A DNA stretch of 63,934 nucleotides, the filler included, from Octopus bimaculoides (taxonomy: Eukaryota): NCBI RefSeq assembly GCF_001194135.2. It is 7 parts of 6 records of this genome, joined end to end, with 100 filler letters (N's around TTAATTAATTAA, not from the genome) between each part and the next. Parts side by side here need not be neighbours in the genome. Positions count along the whole stretch, not along the records: positions 1 to 20,181 come from NC_068987.1; positions 20,282 to 38,294 come from NC_068983.1; 5 more parts are not named here. The stretch is one strand, 5' to 3'. The notes below the pieces were generated by a model, which was not told the DNA's origin, ran no database searches, and saw only the letters and a list, made by a program, of their open reading frames with translations. Positions 13,490 to 25,756 of this stretch are shown one piece after another (positions within the stretch are counted from its first letter, which is position 1; each line of letters starts with the position of its first letter). The position numbers and the translations under genes are program-made.

Positions 13490-15700
13490 CTATAGACTTT
13501 TATAGTATTACCCTGGGTTTCAGGTCCATAAAGCTTTTAGCATTACAGCGTTTCATCAGACCCCGCAACCTTTTGGCACAGGGCCTCTGTAGCAAGTGAC
13601 CTCTCTAGAAAATGGAGGAGGAAATGATTTCGCTACCCTGCCAACAACAGGAGATTATCTCCGTTCGGCTATTATTCGTAATCGACTCTGTTATCGCGTG
13701 GATTCATGAACGCCAACAGGAAATTCTTGACCTGCAAATAAGGTCCAAAGATTTCCATTCTGAAGTGAAGGATGTTCGGCTATGCAGAATCTACAACACT
13801 TGGTCGTGTTTATATCCAGAGCCTGGACTTTCTGGGATTCTGCATGATACTACGTGTAGACTTCCTTCGTCCATCAGTCGTACATGGCTGGCTAATGTCG
13901 TAGCGTATCTCCTTTCCGATATCCTGAAAGAGTATTTGTAGTTGGAGAGGCGTTGCTTGAACATATTGCCGGAGCATTCGATGTGACGCTGCTGCTAACA
14001 CTTTTGTTGCTGCTGTTGATGTTATTATTGGTGTCGTTGAGGGTGGTGATGGTGTTGGTAATGTTACTGCTGGCGTAGTAGACATGGCATCAACACTAGT
14101 GGCGCTGTTGTTGGTGTTACGGCCACCGTCGTTGGTGTTATTGGAGGTGTTGTAGGTGCTGTCATGGTGGGTGGTGCTGCCAGTGTTGTTATAATTATCA
14201 TTTGCGTCAGTTCTGCTGCTTTTTCTGTTAGGGATACTGCCATTGCTGTCGTTGATGTTGTTGTGGATGCCGATAGTACTGTCGCTAGTTCCCTTCGTAT
14301 ATCTGCTGCTACTTCTATTCCTAGTGACATTCTTGCTACTGTGTTAGTCGTCGGGGTAGCTGCTGATGCTGTTGTTGCTGCTATTAGTAGCTTCATAGAC
14401 GAGTCCTTTTGTTTCGCAATGGCCTCACATTGGACATATGTTGTAGTCCATGCATGAGCATTCCGCCTCCGCCTGTGGTGCTAAGCAAAACGCTTTCAGT
14501 ATTGTGGGCGCAGCTATAAGTGATCCTAAGGTTGTGCCTGTTAAAAATGCGTTCGTACCTATGTGAGCGCGTGAAGCGTTTATCTACTAGCCTAAGGAAT
14601 ATCTTACAAACACATTTTTACGTTGAGGGAAAAGTGGGGTGCAACACAAATGATGTTTCCTCCTGTGTGTGCTAGGACACGGCATCTAGGAGATTAGATC
14701 CCCAAATCCGCTAGCAGCTAGTGCCTCGTTATAGTAGGGGGCTGCGGCATCAACTATTTCTAGGCTAGTGGAAAGGTTCGTGATCTTTTTGCTAACACAC
14801 TTCACCAAGTTTTTGAACACAGTCAATGGGTGGTAGGAGGCTGTATTAATGTATGTCAGCCACTTATCTGGTGTATGTCAGCCACTTATCTGGGCCTGTA
14901 TGTTTTTAGAACCAAAGTCGAGCATGACACCTAAGAAGTCTGTTGTGGTGAGATTAGTCTCGATAGAAAGTTTCCGTCTCAAAAAGCTAAGGGTGCTAAT
15001 TCGCTCTTTCGTAAGCTTGTCTAAGGCTCCTCTAGAGATAGCCAGGGCGTCATCTTTGTAGAGACCAAATAAGACAGAGAGGAACTCCTTAATGGTGTCG
15101 AGGACATATAACCCGGTGTGGTCGCATACGTCAGTGCTATCGTAGGCTCCATTGCTACACCAAAGGAGCCTACAGGGTCGGAATGCTTGAACCAAGTCGA
15201 ACATTTATTCGACAGCACTGATGCTGTCAGTGAAGCCCCTAGCAAATTCAAAGTGCCTTGACCAGTAACCCTTTTGTTATAAACGGGGAAAAATCGACTA
15301 TGTCAAACTGGGTGAAACTTGCTCTACCTCTCCCCTTGTTGATATTAAACTATGCAATCACCACATTAGTGCTACGCCATAGGTAGAAGTTGGTAGCTCT
15401 TCTGCTGCTGTTGATATTTCGCAGTATGTGTTTGCTCGCCAGACCGATCGCGGGTTTTGCTGGGTTAAAGAAGCGCCACTTAAAGCTCGACGAAAAGTTC
15501 GGCTTATGATCTCTGATGCTAATAAAGGCATTCCTTTTAGCTAAAATCTCTACTCAGTCTGCTATATCTACGTCGTTGGTTATGTGTTTGTGCGGAAGCG
15601 CACCTATAATTCCAACCCTGCGATACCAGTCTCCGAAACTGAACGAAAATCTTACTGAGTATACTGGCCCAGGGGGGATTACAATCTAAGAACTTAAATC
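13490..15700 (-). mobile_element. Penelope-like retroelement (RT + C-terminal GIY-YIG endonuclease), pseudogenised
   Basis: Frameshifted motifs: AFISIRDHKPNF, RFFNPAKPAIG, FDIVDFSP, GAYDSTDVCDHTGLYVL, GLYKDDALA, TDFLGVMLD, SYHPLTVFKN...YYNEALAASG, CPM-GHCETKGLVYEAT, MFKQRLSNYKYSFR...YATTLASH, CRFCIAE, RTEIISCC. Confidence 0.92.
13505..13564 (-). ncRNA. Degenerate hammerhead-ribozyme-like motif in the PLE 3' pseudo-LTR
   Basis: Minus strand CUGAUGA (13559-13553) ... GAAAC CCAGG GUA, with helix III ACCC-A-GGGU. The base of helix II and helix I pair poorly. Confidence 0.5.
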
Positions 15701-15744
15701 AATGCATACCTGTGTGTCGACAGAAGTGATGATGTCTCTTTCAA

Positions 15745-15925
15745 AGTACACATTACCAAGGTGGCAACAAAGTAGAAACGGCTGGCTGGGTTAATTCTGA
15801 GAACGACCAGAGAGGAGAAAACCATGCTGGTCCTCTGGAGAACATTCATCCTCAGCTACCTGGATTACAGCTTCCAACTACGGTCACCCCACAGTGTAAA
15901 ATTAACAGCGGACCTTGAAGCAATA
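15745..15925 (+). mobile_element. CR1/L2-like LINE fragment
   Basis: TMLVLWRTFILSYLDYSFQLRSPHSVKLTADLEAI resembles the post-RT region (LxY...WSP...LEAIQ). Confidence 0.65.
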
Positions 15926-16299
15926 CATATAATATAAATAATATATAAATATATGCATATATCCATACATATATTTATGGAAATTGTTTGTGATATTCCT
16001 CACTTGCTGAAATTGAAATGGTCTATGAATTTAAATTCTTCTAAGGATGAGCATCACGTATTTAATTGGTCGACTATTGTGTCAATAATTTTGTTATAGA
16101 ACTTTCTATAATGTTGTTAAGATCAATAGAGTTATTAACTGAATCTCTTAATTTCGATTGTTGCATCGATTCCATATTTCCCCCTTATATAAAATATTGA
16201 AAAATCATCGAGTTTTATTTTCGAGCATGGTTTCTAGCTTTATCTATTTGGTCTTTACTATATACTATGTCATGACTTTTAGTTTGAAGGATGTTAAAT

Positions 16300-17680
16300 A
16301 AGACATCAATGAACGAAAATATGTCACTAAATACTTCTCATGAAAATAACAAATCAAGTGCTTTTAGATTATGTAAGAATCAAATAGAAAACAATATTGT
16401 GGTCTCATCCCATGCCTCAGGATTGTTAATGACGTCTTCACAAAGGCTGACTATGAAATTACAATTTTGTTTTATAGCAAGAACAAGACGTAAGTAATAT
16501 TTCCATCTAGCTGCTGTAGCTTTGGGAAATCTTTTTAACTATGTTATCTAATGCAGTAGCCCTTTTAGGTGATTTCGTACACAAATGCAGCCAATCCATT
16601 CATTACAAAAAGGATGAAAAATATATCTAGCATTCTTTTATAGCAGAGTATGCTTGCTAAAGAACTTAACTTAAAACATGAGCACTGCAATGAACGAAGA
16701 TTGCACATTCATATTTCTCGCTTACTTTTGACTGCAACCCATTTCATTGCCCTGCCATTGCAGTGGCACCATCATACGTAAGTGCAATTTATTTGTTTGC
16801 ACACCTCCACGTTTCAATGCATTTAGAACGTGCTCAGATAGAACATTTGCAGAACGATCGGAACTAACATCATTAAAACCGATAAATCGTTTGTAATAGC
16901 ACAATCCATTGTAACATAATGTGAAACAGTTGTGAATAGTTAGATACATCGGATGTTTCATCTACAAGGATAGCTGCTTCAGTTCATTTTCAACCAACAT
17001 AACTTTTTGAACTGCATCAATAAAATCATTTTGAATTCTGTTTGAGAGACCTGTGAAAAGAAACTGTATAAAGACGGCTTTCAAATTTTCAGTCATATTT
17101 ACTGATTAAATATAAGAGCTCTTTATAATGTGCACGATTATTGCATCTTTTAGATTCAAAATGACTCCCACAATATAATTTATGGCGACCGAAAAAAATA
17201 ACTGCATGAATCTAATACCGCAGAATGGATCCGTATTTTCTAACCTTTTATTACACTGTTGTATGCTCTGTTTTTTTTTTTATTAATATGAATGTAATTG
17301 TAAGTTTATGGAAATATTCCCAAATGTTTTAAGATCTATCAAAGGTTTCATGTCTTTCAGAATGTTTATGTTTGACAATGGCCTCAAAATCTTTATTAAC
17401 CCAAACAGCTTTTTCTAAACTTTTACTAATCAAGCATGACCATCAGTATAGCTTATTTTGTTTCTTTCATATAGGTTACTCTGAAATTTTCGAATACATT
17501 TCTTGTTGGAACTCCGCAAATTAGGTAATTTCGGCGTTGGTATGCTATCATTTATGATTAATTGTTTTCTTTGAAATCGTTTTTTCAAAAATTATTTTTG
17601 AAAAATTCTTCTAGAACGGATATTTCACTCATTTGGACCAATGTCTCGAAAGTTCAAAAGATTTTATAAAAGAATTATGC

Positions 17681-17723
<43 letters not shown>

Positions 17724-18466
17724 TGGTGTGCGTGTGTTTGTGTGTGTGTATGTGTGCGTGAGTGTGTGTGTGTGAGGGGGGGGTGCGTGTGCGTGTGTGT
17801 ACGTGAATTGATAGTCGATTTGAATTACACGGAAAATAATCTTAATAAGCAACGAAAGATCATGGTCAAAAAGGGGAAATCCCAACTTACATGGGACAGA
17901 TAATCCCGAAAAAGCTCAGCATTGTTACAATGAGCGTTAAGATATCAAAGAGAAAATAAATAATTTTGTTCTGTTGACAAAATAAATTTGTTCCTTAAGC
18001 CTGAATGGAAAAACCGATCTCACTGACCAACCATTTTGAAAGGGTCTTTATTTTTAGACAGAGGTCGAACGGTCAAATCCATTCAACCATGTGGTCAATC
18101 TTTAGAGACATCATTGACAAATAACTGACAGAATCGTTGAAAGATATAGAGAGGTCAGGTTGTTTGTTGATGCTGCCGCTGCTGTTATTGCCGTATGCCT
18201 TCAATGTTGACTCTGCTTTTGTTTAGAAACAGGTCATACATTCCCTTTAGAATTTTACAACCAGCTTCATCATTTTCTTTAGTATTTATTTTTGTCCTTT
18301 CTTTTCAGAAGAAATCTAGTTTCAAGCAATTTTTGCAGATCAATTTTTAGGCACAATTTTCTGTACCTGGCAAAGGTATGTAAGGAGTGCAAATTTTAAT
18401 TTTGCACCCCATAAAAATTACAGGGGTGCAAGTGCAACTCCTCCACCTTTTGTTCCCGGCCCCTTG
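16300..18466 (-). mobile_element. hAT DNA transposon relic (DUF4371/ZMYM1-like transposase), heavily disrupted
   Basis: GLSNRIQNDFIDAV, KRFIGFNDVSSDRSANVLSEH, YDGATAMAG-NGLQSKV-EKYECAIFVHCSAH. GC-rich terminus caaggggccgggaac...ttgcacccc at 18466. Confidence 0.82.
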
Positions 18467-18517
18467 AATGTATGTATATAATTTTGTATGCACACGTATG
18501 AGGGTATATGTGAAAAC

Positions 18518-18777
18518 GTGTGGCTTAGCGTTTAGGATATTCGGCTCACGATCGTAAATTCACAATTTCAATTTTCAAATACGCGTTGTATCCCTGAACA
18601 AGACACTTTATTTCATGTTGCTCCAGTGCGCTCAGCTGGTAAAAGTGAGTAGTACCTGCATTTCAAAGAGCTAGCGAAATATGTTAGGAGTACACATGCA
18701 TATTAATTTCACGAACAGTCTTTTCCGTTAATGAGATCAACAAGAAATCCATACGTCGTAACCGATGGAGTGCCAGT
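18518..18777 (+). mobile_element. tRNA-derived SINE family C copy
   Basis: gtggcttagcgtttagg A-box-like head and gtatccctgaacaagacacttta core. Homologous to 6225-6517. Confidence 0.8.
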
Positions 18778-18859
18778 GTGTGTGTGTACATATATATGTC
18801 CACCCTTCAATATATGTGTGTTTGTGTGTGTTTGTGTGTGTGTGTGAATAAATATATAT

Positions 18860-19210
<351 letters not shown>

Positions 19211-19649
19211 GGGACATAGACAGACATGCTTGTTTTTAACAAATAGTTTTTCGAATTCACTTCCTGCGATTTTAAATAAAATACATGAACTAACTAAAAT
19301 ATATGCAAGTTTCTTTTTCTTGAATAAATCCCACAGTGCTTTTTTTTATTTACCAGGGAATGCTATTAGCATATTATCGTAGTTTCACATTAACTGTTGT
19401 TACTGAGGGACATTTCCGGTAGCATATAAACAAATACGCCAACGCATTTGTCATACGAACACCAACAACTATAGACATACAGTCGAGGAATGGTTTACGA
19501 GCTGCTCGCTTAAGTGTGATGCTATTAATTATGTGTTTAATAACATAAGGTACTGTGCTGATGAAGGAGTATGTCAACAATTTCCTTTAACAACAATTAG
19601 TATCGGTGATCCCACGTAATCTGGCGTTAACATATCTGTCTGTCTGTCC

Positions 19650-19735
<86 letters not shown>

Positions 19736-19761
19736 CTCTCTTTCTCTCTCTGTATATATAC

Positions 19762-20150
19762 AGTCGTTGCTGTGTGGTAAGGCGGCGAGATGGCAGAAAC
19801 GTTAGCGCTCCGGGCGAAACGCTTAGCAGTATTTCTTCTGCTGCTACGTTCTGAGTTCAAATTCCGCCGAGGTCGACTTTGCCTTTCATCCTTTCGGGGT
19901 CGATTAAATAAGTACCAGTTACGCACTGGGGTCGATATAATCGACTTAATCCGTATGTCTGTCCTTGTTTATCCTCTCTCTGTATAGCCTCTTGTGGGCA
20001 GTAAAGAAATAAGAAACAAGCTAACCAACCACATCGTCCTGGGCTTAGTACCACTGCGTGTAATATTGAGTTACAGCCTTCAACTATAGCATTGGTCCAA
20101 CCAAATTCTTGTGAGTAGATTACGTATACGGAGACTGAAAGAAGCATGTC
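19762..20150 (+). mobile_element. SINE family B copy interrupted by a full SINE A copy (19781-20016)
   Basis: B head gctgtgtggtaa, then ggcggcgagatggcagaaacg...aaagaaataagaaa, then B resumes at aaccaaccacat...tgtgagtagatt. Confidence 0.85.
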
Positions 20151-20181
<31 letters not shown>

Positions 20182-20281
20182 NNNNNNNNNNNNNNNNNNN
20201 NNNNNNNNNNNNNNNNNNNNNNNNNTTAATTAATTAANNNNNNNNNNNNNNNNNNNNNNNNNNNNNNNNNNNNNNNNNNNN
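20182..20281. other. Assembly spacer: 44 N + TTAATTAATTAA + 44 N (also near 38339, 48186, 57686, 61312, 62803)
   Basis: The identical 12-mer, which has stops in all six frames, sits centred in six 100-bp N runs. Confidence 0.95.
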
Positions 20282-20625
20282 AATTCATTATTGTACTCAT
20301 TTCCAACCCTCACCTTACTGGCAGCATCTCTGTACATGGCTCGCACAGCTCTCACTAACCATTCTTCTATCCCAAGTTTCCTCATTGACCACCAGATAAG
20401 GGATCGGGGGACCCTGTCAAAGGCTTTCTCCATGTCAACGAAGGCCAGGTAAAGAGGTTTATCCTCGGCTAGGTATTTCTCCTGCAGCTGTCTCACTAGA
20501 AATATGGCATCAGTGGTGCTTTTACCTGGTACGAACCCAAACTGCATCTCATCTAAATTGATTCGCTCCCTAATTAGTTGGGCTATGACCCTCTCCGTAA
20601 CTTTCATAACCTGATCTAACAGCTT
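20282..20625 (-). mobile_element. RTE LINE reverse-transcriptase fragment
   Basis: LLDQVMKVTERVIAQLIRERINLDEMQFGFVPGKSTTDAIFLVRQLQEKY...AFVDMEKAFDRVPR. Confidence 0.92.
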
Positions 20626-20639
20626 ATCAAGATCAGAAC

Positions 20640-20800
20640 TTAACTGCAGCTCTTGGTGCTCCATATCAGATACGCAATCGATGTGGTTGTCTTTTCAAAA
20701 TATTTGTCTGGTTAAAAAGTCACATCAGACGCCATGACAGATCTATGGTGTAAGTACAAGACGTGGTCAAAATCTGTATAAGGAGTAGATAACCACTATA
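20640..20800 (+). mobile_element. Probable RTE 3' end (C-terminal Zn-finger-like peptide + tail)
   Basis: RCGCLFKIFVWLKSHIRRHDR followed by a short tail and (TA)n. Confidence 0.5.
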
Positions 20801-21054
20801 CATATATATATATTACTTGACTGTGGGATAGTTCATTTTGCTTTGCAAGGGTAGAGGAAATTCAAATGGAATCACAGGCAGTGTTGAATAACCTTCAGAA
20901 AAGGGGTTTCCAGTGTTTTTGAGGCATGCAACATGCATAAGGATTAATTTGAAATGGATGGTACTTGAATATAAATACATTATTCACTTAAGTGCTGGTG
21001 TACTTTTTCCAGGCCTCGTCTAAGAAATTTCTGATAGTGTGTGTATGTGTGTGT

Positions 21055-21452
21055 GCATAGACATGGTTGTGTGGCAAGAAGTTTTTTTCCCAATGTTTCT
21101 AGATTCAGTCCTATTGTGTATGGTACTTTGTGCAAGTATCTCATACAATAGCCTCAGGCTGACCAAAGCTCTGTGAGTGGATAAGGTAGGCAGAAACTGA
21201 AGGCAGCGAGCTGGCAGAAACGTTAGTGCGCCGGGGCAAAATGCTTAGCAGTATTTCATCTGCCGCTACGTTCTGAGTTCAAATTCAGCCAAAGTCGACT
21301 TTGCCTTTCATCCTTTCGGGGTTGATTAAATAAGTGCCAGTTACGCATTGGGGTCGATGTAATCGACTTAATCTGTTTGTCTGTCCTTGTTTGTCCCCTC
21401 TGTGTGTGGCCCCTTGTGGGCAGTAAAGAAATAAGAAACTGAAAGCAGCTAG

Positions 21453-21455
<3 letters not shown>
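21055..21455 (+). mobile_element. SINE B copy interrupted by SINE A (21202-21438) with target-site duplication
   Basis: agaaactgaa at 21192-21201 and 21434-21443 flanks the SINE A copy. Confidence 0.87.
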
Positions 21456-21494
<39 letters not shown>

Positions 21495-21529
21495 GTTGTT
21501 GCCTTGACATCATGTAACAATTGTAAATG

Positions 21530-21710
21530 AGTGCCACTGTGAAAGTTGTGTCTTTTGTTTCCAATCTTCTGTGAAAACATTTCAGGTCCTGGGGAAATAT
21601 TACCTTACTTGATAAGAGGTGAGGGTTGGCAACAGAGAAGGCATCCAGTTATAGAAAATCTGCCTCAACAGATATGTTTGTTCCATAAACATTAAGATGC
21701 TGATGATGAT
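21530..21710 (+). mobile_element. Non-autonomous element carrying an RTE-like 3' tail
   Basis: gagggttggcaacagagaaggcatccagttatagaaaatc...gatgatgat matches the RTE 3' end at 51617-51760. Confidence 0.7.
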
Positions 21711-21889
21711 ATATACATATATGTTTGAAAACATATTTTCTTCAATTAAAAATGAAGTATATTTTAAAAATCTTTAAAAAGAACAATTTAAGGAGATCCG
21801 CTTTCAAATGTTATGATGGTATCGACACACACACACACACACAAACACACATATTCTTTTGTTGCAGTCATTTAAATTTGGCCATGCTG

Positions 21890-22190
21890 GAGCGCCACCT
21901 TTAGTCAAACAAATCAACCTCAGGACTTATTATTTGTAAGCCTAGTACTTATTCTATTGGTCTCTTTTGCTGAACCACTAAGTTATGGGGACGTAAACAC
22001 AAACACATAAACATATACATATATATATATATACGATGGGCTTCTTTCAGTTTCCATCTATCAAATCCACTCACAAGGCTTTGGTTGGCCCGAGGCCATA
22101 GTAGAAGATACTTTCCCAAGGTGCCACACAGTGGGACTAAACCCAGAACCATGTAGTTAAGAAGCAAGCTTCTTACCACACACCCATGCC
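21890..22190 (-). mobile_element. SINE family B copy with 3' extension
   Basis: Reverse complement of the 33158-33535 copy (ggcaccttggg core; gaataagtactaggcttac tail). Confidence 0.85.
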
Positions 22191-22769
22191 TGCTCCTATA
22201 TATAATTNNNNNNNNNNNNNNNNNNNNNNNNNNNNNNNNNNNNNNNNNNNNNNNNNNNNNNNNNNNNNNNNNNNNNNNNNNNNNNNNNNNNNNNNNNNNN
22301 NNNNNNNNNNNNNNNNNNNNNNNNNNNNNNNNNNNNNNNNNNNNNNNNNNNNNNNNNNNNNNNNNNNNNNNNNNNNNNNNNNNNNNNNNNNNNNNNNNNN
22401 NNNNNNNNNNNNNNNNNNNNNNNNNNNNNNNNNNNNNNNNNNNNNNNNNNNNNNNNNNNNNNNNNNNNNNNNNNNNNNNNNNNNNNNNNNNNNNNNNNNN
22501 NNNNNNNNNNNNNNNNNNNNNNNNNNNNNNNNNNNNNNNNNNNNNNNNNNNNNNNNNNNNNNNNNNNNNNNNNNNNNNNNNNNNNNNNNNNNNNNNNNNN
22601 NNNNNNNNNNNNNNNNNNNNNNNNNNNNNNNNNNNNNNNNNNNNNNNNNNNNNNNNNNNNNNNNNNNNNNNNNNNNNNNNNNNNNNNNNNNNNNNNNNNN
22701 NNNNNNNNNNNNNNNNNNNNNNNNNNNNNNNNNNNNNNNNNNNNNNNNNNNNNNNNNNNNNNNNNNNNN

Positions 22770-22807
<38 letters not shown>

Positions 22808-22879
22808 TATAAAGTTCATTCTATGCATTGTGAGACTATTTTAGGAGTGCCTGTCATAACTGTCCTAGTTTATTGTAAT

Positions 22880-23499
22880 TTTAACATATCATTACAATTG
22901 GCCTGCTTTGAACACAGCCTACTAAACATTGCCTGTTACAGTTGACTAGTTTACAGAATGCAACCAGGATATGAACACAATTTGGAAGTTTACTATGCAA
23001 TAAATTTTGTCTTAAACTAAGCAAAAACATGACAGAAATTATAAAATGCTCCAGACTGCTTATGCATTAACTTATTTGAACCGAAATTTGTTTTTTGCTG
23101 ACACAAGAGGCCAAGCAAAGCAAGTCCATCATGAAGCTCAGCAGGAAGGGCATCATCTACATCCACTGGGATTCCTCTGACTAGATAATCAACAAAGAGT
23201 ACTTTGTGAAAGTTTTGAGGGAGTTCAGGAACAGATCTTCATTGCAAAAAGCCAGAGCTCTTCCACTTGGCCCAGTGGCAACTGTACCAGGACAATGCAC
23301 CAATCCACAATTCTATCCTTGTAACCAATTACTTGACAGAAATGGGCATCGAAACTGTCCCTCGCCTTTCCTACAATCGAGACCTTGCTCTCTGTGACTT
23401 TTTTCCCCAACTGAAGGAGAAGTTGAAGAAAGTTAAGACAAGGGTTCAAGACACTTTCACTTTGGAGGACCTCCATGGGGTCTTCACAAAGTGGCTGGA

Positions 23500-23500
<1 letters not shown>
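22880..23500 (+). mobile_element. Mariner transposase remnant, internally deleted
   Basis: YAIxFCLKLSK...MLQTAY N-terminus, then WQLYQDNAPIHNS...ETVPRLSYNRDLALCDFFPQLKEKL (YSPDLAPCDF-like motif). Confidence 0.88.
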
Positions 23501-23546
<46 letters not shown>

Positions 23547-25059
23547 NNNNNNNNNNNNNNNNNNNNNNNNNNNNNNNNNNNNNNNNNNNNNNNNNNNNNN
23601 NNNNNNNNNNNNNNNNNNNNNNNNNNNNNNNNNNNNNNNNNNNNNNNNNNNNNNNNNNNNNNNNNNNNNNNNNNNNNNNNNNNNNNNNNNNNNNNNNNNN
23701 NNNNNNNNNNNNNNNNNNNNNNNNNNNNNNNNNNNNNNNNNNNNNNNNNNNNNNNNNNNNNNNNNNNNNNNNNNNNNNNNNNNNNNNNNNNNNNNNNNNN
23801 NNNNNNNNNNNNNNNNNNNNNNNNNNNNNNNNNNNNNNNNNNNNNNNNNNNNNNNNNNNNNNNNNNNNNNNNNNNNNNNNNNNNNNNNNNNNNNNNNNNN
23901 NNNNNNNNNNNNNNNNNNNNNNNNNNNNNNNNNNNNNNNNNNNNNNNNNNNNNNNNNNNNNNNNNNNNNNNNNNNNNNNNNNNNNNNNNNNNNNNNNNNN
24001 NNNNNNNNNNNNNNNNNNNNNNNNNNNTATATATATATTAGTGAAACAGGTAGACTATCATAATATTCTATCCTTTAAAATATATTAAAAATATGTGAAT
24101 TGTATGCATTTTCCTTCTTTTATTATATAGTTTTTCACTACAACTCACCATGTGGGAAAAATCTCTTCAACAAAATTCTTTTCTTCTACTATATATGTTT
24201 ATGTATATATTATTTGATCCCTGCAAGCACATTAAATAATGATGATGTGTATATACAAAGTCTATGCAGAGAGCTTAATAATCGTATTTGAGACCAGAGA
24301 AATAATCTATATAAATATATATTTCAGTGGAATCAATTGTAAACAAATCAAATCATACATGTTTGTATTAAATGTGCATTTTTTTTTTTTTTCAGCCAGC
24401 TCTATATAGCTCCAATTGTATGATTTAAATTAGATATCTAAAATTCAAAAGTACTTTTGATGTTAGACTCTTATTTAACCCCAGAGAATATTCCTACAAA
24501 AGTAATGAAATTTAGTATTTGCTAGCAACACCTCGTGTTTTGCTTTACACCAGCTATGAGTGTATACAAACAAAGCTTATTCAAGCAAACAGCTCTCTTG
24601 CAGTGCTGACTGATGAAGTGAATAAACGTGCATCTAGTTTTACAAGTGTTTATGTTGCAGAAACATAATTATGTCTTGGGTGATAAAAACATTTATATAT
24701 TTATTGTCTATGTGTGACTTGATTTCTGTTCAGTTCAGTTGATCTATAATTAATATTTTAGAAATAAAAAGAAGCAAAGGATGGGTGGGGCGGTGGAGTC
24801 GTTGCAAAAATATATTTGCATTTTGGTGGTAGGAGGGTGTTAACTTGTAGTTCTCATCCTGATCATTCCTTCACCCACCCACCAAATTTTCTGGATATGT
24901 CATTCATGAAATAGAAAATAACAATGAAATAATAATGTAAATATGATATAGATTTCATAAGTAAGTTGATCATTGTTGCTGCAGGTGTAACCTACATCAA
25001 AGAAAAAAAATGGAGACTATGTGTTGCGTGTGCATGTGTGTGGGTGCATATGTGTAGTG

Positions 25060-25390
25060 TGCTTGCTACAACATGAATCTCTATCTGTAAGCAAATGAAT
25101 ATCAGTTTCTGCAATGAATATTCAGCTGTCAGATCAAAAGACCTACCTACTTACAGAATTAGCATGTAAGTGGGTTTCACATATAAATGTATCCCTAATT
25201 TAAATCCTCAGGCAGAACCAGCATGACAGTGTGTGACAAGGGCAGGCCTTTAAATTACAGGTAGATATTCACATGGCTTGGCTCAACCTGAGATCAAGCT
25301 AACTTAACATTTGTCCAGCATGATAACGGGCAGCAGGATCACGCCTGGGAGCTCAAGGTACTGAACTGAACATTTTGACCATTCATCAAT
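25060..25390 (-). mobile_element. SINE family C-related copy, decayed
   Basis: gtatccctaa...gtgtgacaagggcaggcctttaaattacagg is the reverse complement of the family C body. Confidence 0.55.
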
Positions 25391-25660
25391 AATGCACACA
25401 CACAAACACACATATATAAACACATAAATACATATGCACACACATACACATGTATAAACACATATATATATAAGTGTATACACAATGCAATAAATTTCAG
25501 AACATTAAGCTGACATTACAAATGACAGAGTCATTGATACTTTAATCGTAATAAAACATGTTCCAACCCTTTCAGCTGGAGGAAAAGTTTTAAAAATAAC
25601 TTGCAGATGAATAGACAGACACATCATTTACTGACTAACTCACTATATTATTTATTTTAG

Positions 25661-25756
25661 ACTAACTCAACAAGTTTTGGTGGGGTGCAGCAGGGACCAA
25701 TCACCATCATCATCCTTGCTAACATCATTGGGTTGATGTTCTGTTCTGCATGGTGA
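25661..25756 (+). other. Candidate terminal coding exon with hydrophobic C-terminus (GPI-signal/TM-like); host gene unknown
   Basis: Branch-point-like gactaac (25633-25639), then ttatttattttag acceptor. Phase 0 reads TNSTSFGGVQQGPITIIILANIIGLMFCSAW*. Confidence 0.3.

Noticed and set aside
14862-14905. 22-bp tandem duplication tgtatgtcagccacttatctgg
   Set aside because: Ordinary slippage mutation inside the dead PLE RT.
18309-18375. Plus-strand exon-like segment (cttttcag...aag|gtatgt)
   Set aside because: Lies antisense within the 5' coding region of the hAT relic, so it is likely coincidental.
20226-20237. TTAATTAATTAA recurring six times at wide spacing
   Set aside because: Always centred in a 100-bp N run. 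It is an artificial scaffolding spacer, not biology.
20660-20750. C2H2-like peptide followed by gtaagt, resembling a zinc-finger exon
   Set aside because: Better explained as an RTE C-terminal Zn-finger-like motif with the LINE tail and (TA)n right after.
22186-24088. Long ORFs containing X runs (also 51051-51686 and 58076-59206 in part)
   Set aside because: Open only because they cross N gaps.
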